Sequence record: LC494302.1
Direction: 5' to 3' (one strand)
Length of the DNA: 64,000 nucleotides
Part shown: piece after piece, positions 1 to 8,565 of the stretch
How positions within the stretch are numbered: position 1 is the first letter of the stretch
Layout: each line of letters begins with the position of its first letter
Notes under the pieces: model-generated
Databases searched by the model: none
The model's input: only the letters and a program-made list of their open reading frames with translations
What the model was told of the DNA's origin: nothing
Made by a program: the position numbers and the translations under genes

Positions 1-405
1 ACGCATACACGAAGATATCACAACACTATCAATATCATCTGCACTGACACCGAAATCAGTAAAGTTCTGTGTTATATCAACCCAAACGCCGTTAGTGTTT
101 GAAGATAGTATTGGAATAACAGTACGTCTACCAGTGTACCAAATAGTACCATCTTTCTTTATAGCAATTGTTCCTTGTACCCCACCCCAATATCGTGTAA
201 CATTTGAGTTGACAAGAGTCCATTCAGTTGAAGAGTCCAATGAACCATTACCACTTTGTCCATATGCTGAAGAACCAAACCAATATAGATTGCCATTTGT
301 GTGTAAATAAAATTTGGCATCAGCAGAACATTGTAACCTGTTTTTAGGTAGAATCAGTTCAGGTGCGATATTCCCGTACTTAACCATTCTTGCAAAAGGT
401 AACAT
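1..405 (-). CDS. RCC1/BLIP-II-like repeat protein (partial, runs off window start)
   Basis: Hand-translated from ATG 405: MLPFARMVKYGNIAPELILPKNRLQC...LYWFGSSAYGQSGNGS...; open to base 1; SD AGGAGG; same N-terminal tag as neighbours. Confidence 0.8.
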   Translation of the reverse strand, partial: MLPFARMVKYGNIAPELILPKNRLQCSADAKFYLHTNGNLYWFGSSAYGQSGNGSLDSSTEWTLVNSNVTRYWGGVQGTIAIKKDGTIWYTGRRTVIPILSSNTNGVWVDITQNFTDFGVSADDIDSVVISSCMR

Positions 406-420
406 ATTCCCTCCTTTATT

Positions 421-439
421 TGTTATACTATATTTAATA
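421..439 (-). promoter_or_regulatory. putative late promoter (TAAATA core)
   Basis: Minus strand TATTAAATATAGTATAAC; same block at 2811-2830 and 4061-4077; resembles T4 late TATAAATA. Confidence 0.5.
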
Positions 440-440
440 C

Positions 441-469
441 AAATAAGAAAGCCAGTACTCTGTACTGGC
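441..469 (-). terminator. intrinsic terminator
   Basis: Stem GCCAGTAC/GTACTGGC (451-469) then TTTCTTATTT on minus strand, after stop of 476..1585. Confidence 0.7.
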
Positions 470-475
470 ATTATG

Positions 476-1585
476 TTATTTTGGTAAATCAATTTTAGTA
501 AAGACTGCAACATCCTCGATTGCACCTGGAATGGCGTAATACGATCCAGTACTATACACATCTCCATTTTTGGTTAATATCGATGTCAAACCATCACTAA
601 AAAGAACATCCCTAATCTCACTAACTTCAACGGGTAATTGTAAATTGGTAGCACTATATATAGCACCAGTTTGAGAATTGTTTAATCCCAAACCACGGTT
701 CGCCCCAACACCCTTCTGATATGTACTAGTAATTACCATTTGTGTAGCAGTATTTAAGGCAGGTGAATTCGTCATAAACAACGGAGAACTATTAGGCAAA
801 GTACTTAAAGGAACTGCACGGAATGTAGTCGTACCTGAACTAAGAAAGTTTGGAGTTTGACCACATACGAAATATGATGTACCATTATAGTAATTTAATG
901 CATTACCACCAATGGCTGCATCGATTACACCAGAACTACGCAATCCCCAAGTGTTAATTTGTGTTTGGTTCCCCGTACCATGCTGCCCACTACTATTCCA
1001 TCCAGAACTATATAGCTTATTATCTAATGTAAGATACATACTATCATTCGCATTGGTCATTACTTTACGAACGTTCGTAGCACATTGAGTTAATGTGTAA
1101 ATTGATGATGAACCAATACCCAAAGAACCACGATATCCATTATCTCCTGCACCATAGAGTACTGAATTAGTGCTAAGTACAAATATTAAACCATTTGTAC
1201 ATACAATATTAGCAATTTCACTTACTGGTATAGCATTGGTAAACCAATTAGTTCTTTCAACTAATACAGTACTGTAAGAAGTAGTTGTAGAAGATGAGAA
1301 CCAGTACGTTTGACCTGATGTCCATATCGTATTATCATTTTTAATAATAACAAGTGTACGATCACCCACGAAAAAATTAGAAACATCTGCACTTACTAAT
1401 GTCCACGAAGACACCGTGTTGGTATTACCATTTCCAGATTCACCACCTTGATTTCTACCTATGTAATATAAATCATGTGAATCAGTCAATAAGAATTGGC
1501 CTTGGGTAGAAGCACCAACTTTAATTATTTTTTTAGGACCAGGGACAATATTTCCATACATAATCATTCTTCCAAAAGGTAACAT
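476..1585 (-). CDS. RCC1/BLIP-II-like beta-propeller protein
   Basis: Repeats such as LYYIGRNQGGESGNG, LYGAGDNGYRGSLGIG, LYSSGWNSSGQHGTG; start moved to MLPFGRM at 1585 behind AGGAGG. Confidence 0.8.
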   Translation of the reverse strand: MLPFGRMIMYGNIVPGPKKIIKVGASTQGQFLLTDSHDLYYIGRNQGGESGNGNTNTVSSWTLVSADVSNFFVGDRTLVIIKNDNTIWTSGQTYWFSSSTTTSYSTVLVERTNWFTNAIPVSEIANIVCTNGLIFVLSTNSVLYGAGDNGYRGSLGIGSSSIYTLTQCATNVRKVMTNANDSMYLTLDNKLYSSGWNSSGQHGTGNQTQINTWGLRSSGVIDAAIGGNALNYYNGTSYFVCGQTPNFLSSGTTTFRAVPLSTLPNSSPLFMTNSPALNTATQMVITSTYQKGVGANRGLGLNNSQTGAIYSATNLQLPVEVSEIRDVLFSDGLTSILTKNGDVYSTGSYYAIPGAIEDVAVFTKIDLPK

Positions 1586-1593
1586 ATTCCCTC

Positions 1594-2796
1594 CTATTGT
1601 TGCCATAACTGCGATGGCATTAATGTTAGTGTAGTAATACTATAAGTGCCATCTGGCAATCTACCACCATTTCCATTCCAGCCACCACATGCATATAATT
1701 TATAATCTTTAGTAATTATTATGGTTCTGCTCCAATCTTTAGATGCCATAAGAACATTGTCATAACCACTACTTATTGCACTAAGATTAAAAATATTCCA
1801 AGTTCTAACTAATGTATTAGTTCCATTACCTTCTTGACCATATGAGTTAGCACCACTACTTCTAACATATGGTGCGTATTGTGCCATAGGTGCACCAATT
1901 GATGCATTTCCCATATTACTTGGACAAATAAAAGTACTGTACTTACTTACATCAACCGTGACCGATGTGTTCCTAATTGGTGTTAGCTGATTTACCGATG
2001 TAGTCGTACCATTACCAGCTTGTCCAGAACTGTTAGCCCCGCTATAATATACAGACCCACCAGTAGTAAACCACCAAGTAACATCGTATGTAGTACTAAT
2101 ATGTTCTACATTACTAATCACGAATTTGTTCAAATATACAACAGAACTACCACCACATCCACTTTCACCAAAGTTATCCTTACCACAAAACCATGCATCT
2201 TTATTTGATTTGATATAGTGCGTTCCTTGTAATGAACATGCCATATGTGTAACTTCACCCATATTAGTCATAACTGTGAGTGTAGGGATGGAATTTTTAT
2301 TCCCAGAGCCACATTCACCATTAGTATTTCTTCCACACGCAATTACTCTACCATCGGTTAATAATATTCTAGTACTTTCACCTATATATACACTCTTGAT
2401 CATATTAGCCATAACACCTATTTTATTAAATGCAACAGTAACATCAGTCCATGTTGTCAAATAACCATTAACAGGTGTTGCATCTCCATAATCAGAAAAT
2501 GCACCAACCGACCCAGTGTAGTATATTTTATTATCCAAATCAATCATCAATGAACCTTGAACACCAAGCCAAAAGGCTGCACAGTTCCTTGCAAGTACTG
2601 TAAATGACGAAACTGCTGCTGAATTCCCAAGACCAAATTGATAAAAGTTATTACTACCATAACCATATAAAGTATTAGTTGGGTTATGGAGATACATACA
2701 GTTTGTATAATGTTGTTGTAAAACATCTGAGAACTCTACAGGTTCTGGACCTGGTGCAATATTTGCGTACTTAACCATTCTTCCAAAAGGTAACAT
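1594..2796 (-). CDS. RCC1/BLIP-II-like beta-propeller protein
   Basis: Repeats LYGYGSNNFYQFGLG, IACGRNTNGECGSG, YYSGANSSGQAGNG, SSGANSYGQEGNG. Confidence 0.85.
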   Translation of the reverse strand: MLPFGRMVKYANIAPGPEPVEFSDVLQQHYTNCMYLHNPTNTLYGYGSNNFYQFGLGNSAAVSSFTVLARNCAAFWLGVQGSLMIDLDNKIYYTGSVGAFSDYGDATPVNGYLTTWTDVTVAFNKIGVMANMIKSVYIGESTRILLTDGRVIACGRNTNGECGSGNKNSIPTLTVMTNMGEVTHMACSLQGTHYIKSNKDAWFCGKDNFGESGCGGSSVVYLNKFVISNVEHISTTYDVTWWFTTGGSVYYSGANSSGQAGNGTTTSVNQLTPIRNTSVTVDVSKYSTFICPSNMGNASIGAPMAQYAPYVRSSGANSYGQEGNGTNTLVRTWNIFNLSAISSGYDNVLMASKDWSRTIIITKDYKLYACGGWNGNGGRLPDGTYSITTLTLMPSQLWQQ

Positions 2797-2810
2797 ATTT
2801 CCCTCCTTTA

Positions 2811-2830
2811 TTCATTATACTATATTTAAT
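2811..2830 (-). promoter_or_regulatory. putative late promoter (TAAATA core)
   Basis: Minus strand TTAAATATAGTATAATGAA upstream of 1594..2796. Confidence 0.5.
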
Positions 2831-2832
2831 AC

Positions 2833-2863
2833 AAAAAGAAATGCCAGTATCAAGTACTGGCAT
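2833..2863 (-). terminator. intrinsic terminator
   Basis: Stem ATGCCAGTA/TACTGGCAT (2841-2863) then TTCTTTTT on minus strand. Confidence 0.7.
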
Positions 2864-2867
2864 AATA

Positions 2868-4046
2868 TTATCGGTTAAATTTAAAATCTGTTATGTGTGT
2901 CCATGTATGATTTAATGGGGTACTCATTGGTGTAAAGCCAGCAGGGTCTGACAAAGCTGTACCACGTGCGTACATAAATTGATTGCCAGTACAATCCATT
3001 ATAGCATAAGAACGTGTTGCTGTGCCACATTTGAACCCAACTGCACTACTTGGGGTCGGTAATACTTCAAATGTAGGTGCATTTGAACTACCACCCCCAT
3101 CTTTTGTTCCAGCTATGTACAGAACTCCATTAGTATCAATGATTAAGTTAGTCCAATATGCTTGTTCTCGACCAGCATAAAAATATGTTAAATCACCGGG
3201 TACAAATGGTAACGTTCCTTTATATATTGTGGTATTAACATTCACTGGTGCACCAGCTACACCCCATGAACTCATATAGTTTCTCCCACTTGCGTAGAAT
3301 GTAGTTCCTTTACCGTAAAGTATTAATGTTGCTTGACTTGTTCGCATTGCATTATATTCAAACTCAGGATCATCAGTAGCGTCCTTAAAAATCTGTGTCC
3401 ATGTTGTTATATTGCCAGTAGTTGTAACACCCATTTGATAATAATAATTATCACCAGTAGCATAGAATTCTTTAGGGCCAGTTTGTACAATTGCATTCCC
3501 ATTAGTTAACCAAAAATCTAATGTATTAGTCTTGATCTTGGTTGGTGTGTAATTCGCCACGGTATTTCCTTTTCCGAAATAACCATTAGCGTTATTTCCA
3601 TGACCCCATAAATCACCATTAGTTGTGCGTAGGAATAATGTACCAGTATTGAATCCAACTTTTTCTATAGTACTTATGTCAATACCAACAGTCGTGTACT
3701 TCGTTGTAAAATCTTGAAAAGTACTCCAATAATTAGATGAACCATTAAACATGGTTTGTCTACCAGTGTACTTCACTTTATTATCGTTAGTGATAAGTAA
3801 TGTCCCCCACACTGACGCGAACATTAACTTAACATTTTCCATAACAAAGTATGGCTTACCGTATGCTGACGCGGTAGTGTTTAAACCTAATAGTTGTCCA
3901 TCATTACTACAACCCCATACTTCGCCGTTATCCAAAAGCATCAACATAGTAGGTTTGCCGGATGATACATCCAAAAAGAAATCTTTTGGTGTTGGTACAC
4001 CAGGTACAATATTTCCGTACTTAACCATTCTTGTAAAAGGTAACAT
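2868..4046 (-). CDS. RCC1/BLIP-II-like beta-propeller protein
   Basis: Repeats VWGCSNDGQLLG, LWGHGNNANGYFGKG, FYATGDNYYYQMG; start moved to MLPFTRM at 4046. Confidence 0.8.
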   Translation of the reverse strand: MLPFTRMVKYGNIVPGVPTPKDFFLDVSSGKPTMLMLLDNGEVWGCSNDGQLLGLNTTASAYGKPYFVMENVKLMFASVWGTLLITNDNKVKYTGRQTMFNGSSNYWSTFQDFTTKYTTVGIDISTIEKVGFNTGTLFLRTTNGDLWGHGNNANGYFGKGNTVANYTPTKIKTNTLDFWLTNGNAIVQTGPKEFYATGDNYYYQMGVTTTGNITTWTQIFKDATDDPEFEYNAMRTSQATLILYGKGTTFYASGRNYMSSWGVAGAPVNVNTTIYKGTLPFVPGDLTYFYAGREQAYWTNLIIDTNGVLYIAGTKDGGGSSNAPTFEVLPTPSSAVGFKCGTATRSYAIMDCTGNQFMYARGTALSDPAGFTPMSTPLNHTWTHITDFKFNR

Positions 4047-4060
4047 AAATCCCTCCTTAT

Positions 4061-4077
4061 TCATTATATCATATTTA
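4061..4077 (-). promoter_or_regulatory. putative late promoter (TAAATA core)
   Basis: Minus strand TAAATATGATATAATGA upstream of 2868..4046. Confidence 0.45.
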
Positions 4078-4094
4078 CCCCATAAAGAAAACCC

Positions 4095-4123
4095 TTGACA
4101 TCCTTTCAGTACTGGTGTACTAT
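4095..4123 (+). promoter_or_regulatory. sigma70-type promoter for family A array
   Basis: TTGACA-N17-TACTAT, AGTACT in spacer. Confidence 0.7.
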
Positions 4124-4148
4124 AGAAGGAATATAAGGAGAACTACAC

Positions 4149-4376
4149 ATGACAAATACTCTTAAGTACTACCTCAATACTCTAAATGAACTAGAGTACG
4201 GGGAATTTCTCGCGGATAGTTCGTGGCTAATTGAGCTAAAAAATTATAATAGTCCAGGATGCACCCTTATGATGAACAATGCAATTGATACCCTCATTGT
4301 GAGTATTTTACACAGCAACATCTGCGGGGATAGCAATAAACAATTATCAAAAATCTTAGTACTGCTATCTATATGA
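4149..4376 (+). CDS. small hypothetical protein (family A, divergent)
   Basis: 75 aa; SD AAGGAG; YYLNTL...MNNAI...LVLLSI pattern. Confidence 0.7.
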   Translation: MTNTLKYYLNTLNELEYGEFLADSSWLIELKNYNSPGCTLMMNNAIDTLIVSILHSNICGDSNKQLSKILVLLSI

Positions 4377-4576
4377 ATATCGAACAGTACTACATCGATG
4401 CACTACCAACAAAAGGTCTACGTGAAAGCCTACTGCATACACAAACTAATTTCAAACACCTCAAACGTAGCCCTAAACTCCTGAACTCGTACAGGAATAA
4501 TAACATAAGAAATGCTTTACAAGGGGTAGAATGTATGCAATACTATTACATCCTTACCCTATTAATTGAGTACTAA
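4373..4576 (+). CDS. small hypothetical protein (family A)
   Basis: MNIEQYYIDALP...YYYILTLLIEY; ATGA overlap. Confidence 0.75.
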   Translation: MNIEQYYIDALPTKGLRESLLHTQTNFKHLKRSPKLLNSYRNNNIRNALQGVECMQYYYILTLLIEY

Positions 4577-4577
4577 T

Positions 4578-4787
4578 ATGAATACTGAACATAAAGAATT
4601 CTACACCAAATACCTTAGCAACGAAGAACAATTGTTTCTAAGGAGTGTATCACCTGTAAGTACCAATACTCAATTCGGTAGAGATTGCTTTAATAATTGT
4701 ATACGTAGTACTCTAGAAGCAATCGAATGCAATAACAAAAATATTATGTACTCAGGTTTAATAGGACTAATATATTTCTATGAATAA
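4578..4787 (+). CDS. small hypothetical protein (family A)
   Basis: MNTEHKEFYTKYL...FNNCIRS. Confidence 0.8.
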   Translation: MNTEHKEFYTKYLSNEEQLFLRSVSPVSTNTQFGRDCFNNCIRSTLEAIECNNKNIMYSGLIGLIYFYE

Positions 4788-4974
4788 TCATAAAGATTTC
4801 TATTGTAGTAAACTACCCAAACAAGAACAGCTATCATTCTCTTTAGCACCACCTATGAGAAAGGATAATCTGTATTATAATTACGATTTCAGGATGGTGA
4901 CACGTTATGCAATAGAACATCAGTTCCCTGAAACTAAGTACCGCTCTATCCTGAACCTCATCTTTAAGTTCTAA
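4780..4974 (+). CDS. small hypothetical protein (family A)
   Basis: MNNHKDFYCSKLP...YRSILNLIFKF. Confidence 0.8.
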   Translation: MNNHKDFYCSKLPKQEQLSFSLAPPMRKDNLYYNYDFRMVTRYAIEHQFPETKYRSILNLIFKF

Positions 4975-5026
4975 AAGGTACACCAGGGACCGAGTACTTT
5001 AATATAGTAAGGCTAATTACATTATA

Positions 5027-5212
5027 ATGAATCATATAAGCTACTACTACCAACAACTATCCGACAGAGACAAGTACAGTCACAACTCCCATGTGTGGTA
5101 CTACAAACGCGGCAGTATAAGAGACAAACAACATTACTTCTGTATTTCTATTAAAGAAGCACTGACAACTAAGTACACGTACCGAGCAGTACTTAAACTT
5201 ATTGAAATGTAA
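5027..5212 (+). CDS. small hypothetical protein (family A2)
   Basis: ...KYTYRAVLKLIEM. Confidence 0.8.
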   Translation: MNHISYYYQQLSDRDKYSHNSHVWYYKRGSIRDKQHYFCISIKEALTTKYTYRAVLKLIEM

Positions 5213-5222
5213 AGAGAATACT

Positions 5223-5405
5223 ATGAACATTGAATTGTACTTAAGTAAATTACAGCCTGGCGATAGATTCATCTACAATAAGTTCGAATTCAACTACAAG
5301 AACGGGAGCAACAAATATCGTCGAGGATACCTATATACAAGCACAAGAGATGCACAAAACGAAAAGTACACATACAGAGAAGTACTTAAACTAATCTCTA
5401 TTTGA
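5223..5405 (+). CDS. small hypothetical protein (family A2)
   Basis: MNIELYLSKL...KYTYREVLKLISI. Confidence 0.8.
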   Translation: MNIELYLSKLQPGDRFIYNKFEFNYKNGSNKYRRGYLYTSTRDAQNEKYTYREVLKLISI

Positions 5406-5413
5406 GGTAATAT

Positions 5414-5599
5414 ATGAATACATTTGAGTACTATACCAATAAACTATCTATGCCTGAAAGATCTCATCTCTATGTGTGGAGAAATGCGTATAAAAGCGGC
5501 AATAAACTTATACAAAGAAATTCCCTTACAGTGTGTACAAATTTAATTAAAGCAGAGTACCGCACATATATTGAAGTACTCAAACTGATAGCAATATAA
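5414..5599 (+). CDS. small hypothetical protein (family A2)
   Basis: MNTFEYYTNKL...YIEVLKLIAI. Confidence 0.8.
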   Translation: MNTFEYYTNKLSMPERSHLYVWRNAYKSGNKLIQRNSLTVCTNLIKAEYRTYIEVLKLIAI

Positions 5600-5607
5600 G
5601 GTACTCT

Positions 5608-5787
5608 ATGCAAGAATTCTATATCTATAACCTCCAGCACAAAGATAGATACAACTATAATAAATTCCAAAGGTACTACACAGTCGGGAACAAAAGAGAT
5701 AAAAAACGTTATCTACTCTCGTGTACAGTAGAAGCACAAAACGAAAAGTACACGTACAGAGAAGTACTTAAACTAATCTCAATCTAA
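5608..5787 (+). CDS. small hypothetical protein (family A2)
   Basis: Not in ORF track; hand-translated 59 aa MQEFYIYNL...KYTYREVLKLISI. Confidence 0.8.
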   Translation: MQEFYIYNLQHKDRYNYNKFQRYYTVGNKRDKKRYLLSCTVEAQNEKYTYREVLKLISI

Positions 5788-5794
5788 GGTAGAC

Positions 5795-5983
5795 ATGAAC
5801 ACTTTTGAGTACTACTTCAATAAACTAAACCACATAGAACAAAGTATGCACAACTCATTTATTCAGCACCATCAATCATCTGCACATGGAATTAAAAATA
5901 TATCGATTGAGATTATCACTACCCGTGTACAGTCATCTGAACGTTATATGTATATTGATGTACTGAAACTCATCTCTATGTAA
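5795..5983 (+). CDS. small hypothetical protein (family A2)
   Basis: MNTFEYYFNKL...YIDVLKLISM. Confidence 0.8.
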   Translation: MNTFEYYFNKLNHIEQSMHNSFIQHHQSSAHGIKNISIEIITTRVQSSERYMYIDVLKLISM

Positions 5984-5991
5984 GGAATAAT

Positions 5992-6171
5992 ATGCAAGAA
6001 TACTATATAGAACACATAAGCATTAAAGACCGTTTCATGTACGACACCTTCGTGAAGTACTACAACCTGGCAACTAACAGTACTAAAAATATTAATCTCA
6101 ATAGCTGCATTCATCACGCACTAACAAAAGATAATCCCTTCAGGGAAATCCTCGCACTAGCATCTGTATAA
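5992..6171 (+). CDS. small hypothetical protein (family A2)
   Basis: Hand-translated 59 aa MQEYYIEHI...FREILALASV; SD AAGGA. Confidence 0.75.
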   Translation: MQEYYIEHISIKDRFMYDTFVKYYNLATNSTKNINLNSCIHHALTKDNPFREILALASV

Positions 6172-6181
6172 AGGAAACCAA

Positions 6182-6841
6182 ATGAAACTTAATGCACACA
6201 GCAAACAATACCTTAAGCACTTTAAGTACCTCAACAGTATTCAAGCAGAATCTATTACATCTGCATATACGTATCACCCAAATGTACTAAAGAAACGAAA
6301 TAAAAAGAAAAAATCCAGAAATGTTCTCGTATCTAAGAACCTCAAATCGTACTTGAAGAAAAATAATATAGCTCTTGCTTTTATTAATATCTATAATACT
6401 GATTTAAAAGTATTGAGTACTAATACCAGCACAAAAGCACTAAAGAATGCATCTATCTATATACACATGGATAATATCCCGTGCACTATAATTCTATCTT
6501 TCGGGAATGTATACTTCTTCGGGAATTGTAATAGCACCCATGATATCAGTACTGCACAATTCCAAATCGGCGATATGTACTGCATGGGTTCAGAAAAAAT
6601 ACACGATAACATGCACTTCTTCCAAAAGCAACGTACTAACGAAACTGATACAGTACTGCAATTCCTCAAAGAATTACAAGGCAAAGAATTATCAGAAGAA
6701 GATCTATTCATGTACAGTACTGTAATCGATAATCCAGAACTCTATAAAAACGCGTACAATCTAACAAAACATGTACAGGAACTTATCAGTACTGATAAGA
6801 AATTTCATCACCTCATTACGTATATTTCAAACTATGTATAA
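6182..6841 (+). CDS. hypothetical protein with family C-like motif
   Basis: 219 aa; LSEEDLFMYSTVID near C-terminus; SD AAGGA. Confidence 0.8.
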   Translation: MKLNAHSKQYLKHFKYLNSIQAESITSAYTYHPNVLKKRNKKKKSRNVLVSKNLKSYLKKNNIALAFINIYNTDLKVLSTNTSTKALKNASIYIHMDNIPCTIILSFGNVYFFGNCNSTHDISTAQFQIGDMYCMGSEKIHDNMHFFQKQRTNETDTVLQFLKELQGKELSEEDLFMYSTVIDNPELYKNAYNLTKHVQELISTDKKFHHLITYISNYV

Positions 6842-7016
6842 AGAATACTACAAAGATAAAATCCCAATGCATCTACAACACCATATACCAAACGTTGCAT
6901 TGGGTATCAAAGATCACGCAAAGATAATGTTCCAACAATGTACTAAGTACACGCTCATATACGATGATAATCCATATATGCTGTACTACGTAGTAATGCT
7001 AACATTCAGGTACTAA
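6834..7016 (+). CDS. small hypothetical protein (family A1)
   Basis: MYKEYYKDKIP...FQQCTK...LTFRY. Confidence 0.8.
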   Translation: MYKEYYKDKIPMHLQHHIPNVALGIKDHAKIMFQQCTKYTLIYDDNPYMLYYVVMLTFRY

Positions 7017-7017
7017 T

Positions 7018-7197
7018 ATGAATACTTATAAAGAATTCTACCTCTCGTACCTTAATTCCGATATAGTAACATCCAATACATTCAGTACTAAAATTATCTA
7101 TAATGAATTAATGAAAGAATGTATTAAAGGTGCTATTAACCCTAAAGATACGTATGACTTGTACTATGCAGTACTAACCCTTGTTTTCACGAAATAA
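7018..7197 (+). CDS. small hypothetical protein (family A1)
   Basis: Hand-translated 59 aa MNTYKEFYLSYL...MKECIK...YYAVLTLVFTK. Confidence 0.8.
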   Translation: MNTYKEFYLSYLNSDIVTSNTFSTKIIYNELMKECIKGAINPKDTYDLYYAVLTLVFTK

Positions 7198-7205
7198 CAC
7201 ATAAT

Positions 7206-7397
7206 ATGAATAACCACAAAGAATACTACATAGAGAAACTCCCAATGTATCTCCAACACCTTGTACCAACAGAACCATTGGGTATAGAAAAAAACTACGA
7301 AAAAGACTACTTCATTCAGTGCACTAAATCCTCGATATATATTGAAGACTATAATCGAGTACTGTATCACATCCTTTTACTAATATATAGGTACTAA
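7206..7397 (+). CDS. small hypothetical protein (family A1)
   Basis: MNNHKEYYIEKLP...FIQCTK...LLIYRY. Confidence 0.8.
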   Translation: MNNHKEYYIEKLPMYLQHLVPTEPLGIEKNYEKDYFIQCTKSSIYIEDYNRVLYHILLLIYRY

Positions 7398-7398
7398 T

Positions 7399-7581
7399 AT
7401 GCACAAAGAATACTACACACAATTTCTCCCCAGCATTTTTGAACACTACGCCAGATACAAAGTCCCTATGGATAACGATTTGGCAGTACTGGGATTCAAT
7501 AACTGCATAGAACGAAGTATAGAAAATAGTAGTAGTTATGACCAGCTATATAACACTATCCTACTTATATTCAGGTACTAA
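7399..7581 (+). CDS. small hypothetical protein (family A1)
   Basis: MHKEYYTQFLP...FNNCIE...LLIFRY. Confidence 0.8.
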   Translation: MHKEYYTQFLPSIFEHYARYKVPMDNDLAVLGFNNCIERSIENSSSYDQLYNTILLIFRY

Positions 7582-7582
7582 C

Positions 7583-7771
7583 ATGCATAAAGAATACTAC
7601 ACAAAATATTTCCCAATGTACCTCAGAACTAATCTATTAGATAAACCTCGCGGTATCAATGCACAAAATGATAAAGTGTATTTTACTATGTGCACTAAAG
7701 CATGTATACTAGATTTTGACAGCTACCATCGAGTACTGTATCATACCCTGTACCTAGCTTTCGTATTCTAA
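7583..7771 (+). CDS. small hypothetical protein (family A1)
   Basis: MHKEYYTKYFP...FTMCTK. Confidence 0.8.
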   Translation: MHKEYYTKYFPMYLRTNLLDKPRGINAQNDKVYFTMCTKACILDFDSYHRVLYHTLYLAFVF

Positions 7772-7780
7772 GAGAACAAT

Positions 7781-7966
7781 ATGCATAAAGAATTCTACTT
7801 AAGCCATCTGGATCTAAACTCCCAAATGCTTATACCACTAATCCCAATAGATATCAAGGATAAGAAAAATACCGAACAATTCATTTACCATACACAGTGT
7901 GCGATCACCCCAAATTACATTCCATATGAATTGTACTACATTATCGCCCTAATATATAGGTACTAA
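7781..7966 (+). CDS. small hypothetical protein (family A1)
   Basis: MHKEFYLSHL...ALIYRY. Confidence 0.8.
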   Translation: MHKEFYLSHLDLNSQMLIPLIPIDIKDKKNTEQFIYHTQCAITPNYIPYELYYIIALIYRY

Positions 7967-7967
7967 T

Positions 7968-8153
7968 ATGCATAGAGAATACTACACACAATTTGTTAAA
8001 GGGAACTACAAACATGCCGTACCCAGAACCCCTTTAAATTCTCATGACCCAAGTACTATATTCTTGTTTAATGACGCAATACGTACAGTACTCAATACTA
8101 AAGATGAAGATGTGCAGTACGTATTCTTACTATTACTTATATACAGACACTAA
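7968..8153 (+). CDS. small hypothetical protein (family A1)
   Basis: MHREYYTQF...FNDAI...LLIYRH. Confidence 0.8.
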   Translation: MHREYYTQFVKGNYKHAVPRTPLNSHDPSTIFLFNDAIRTVLNTKDEDVQYVFLLLLIYRH

Positions 8154-8158
8154 CTAAT

Positions 8159-8341
8159 ATGAATAAAGAACATAAAGAATTCTATATACGAAAACTAACA
8201 TTCGTCCCCGTAAGAATATATAAAGAATGCGACCCAAGATTATACCTATGGCACTTCAATGAGTGCATAAAAGATTCTATATACCATAAGAACTATAAAG
8301 AACAATTGTGCTCAGTACTAACACTAGTACTATCATATTAA
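8159..8341 (+). CDS. small hypothetical protein (family A1)
   Basis: MNKEHKEFYIRKL...FNECIK. Confidence 0.8.
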   Translation: MNKEHKEFYIRKLTFVPVRIYKECDPRLYLWHFNECIKDSIYHKNYKEQLCSVLTLVLSY

Positions 8342-8356
8342 TTAATAGAGAATACT

Positions 8357-8548
8357 ATGTATAAAAACTTCTATATAAGTAAACTAAAAGAAAATGAACA
8401 AGTATGGATTAGATCTATAATTCCACTGGCATTTAATAGATATGCATTTAACAGATGTACCGAGATTGCTATAGACCCTTATAATATTAAAGAGAATGTA
8501 CAGTATAATCAGTACTACTATATCTTAATGCTTATATATAGAAAGTAA
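8357..8548 (+). CDS. small hypothetical protein (family A1)
   Basis: MYKNFYISKL...FNRCTE...MLIYRK. Confidence 0.8.
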   Translation: MYKNFYISKLKENEQVWIRSIIPLAFNRYAFNRCTEIAIDPYNIKENVQYNQYYYILMLIYRK

Positions 8549-8565
8549 TTAAACACATAGAGACA

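Noticed and set aside
95-2464. Plus-strand ORFs 95..310, 2020..2208, 2276..2464 (and 3751..4098)
   Set aside because: Antisense shadows of the RCC1-like genes; no SD or family similarity.
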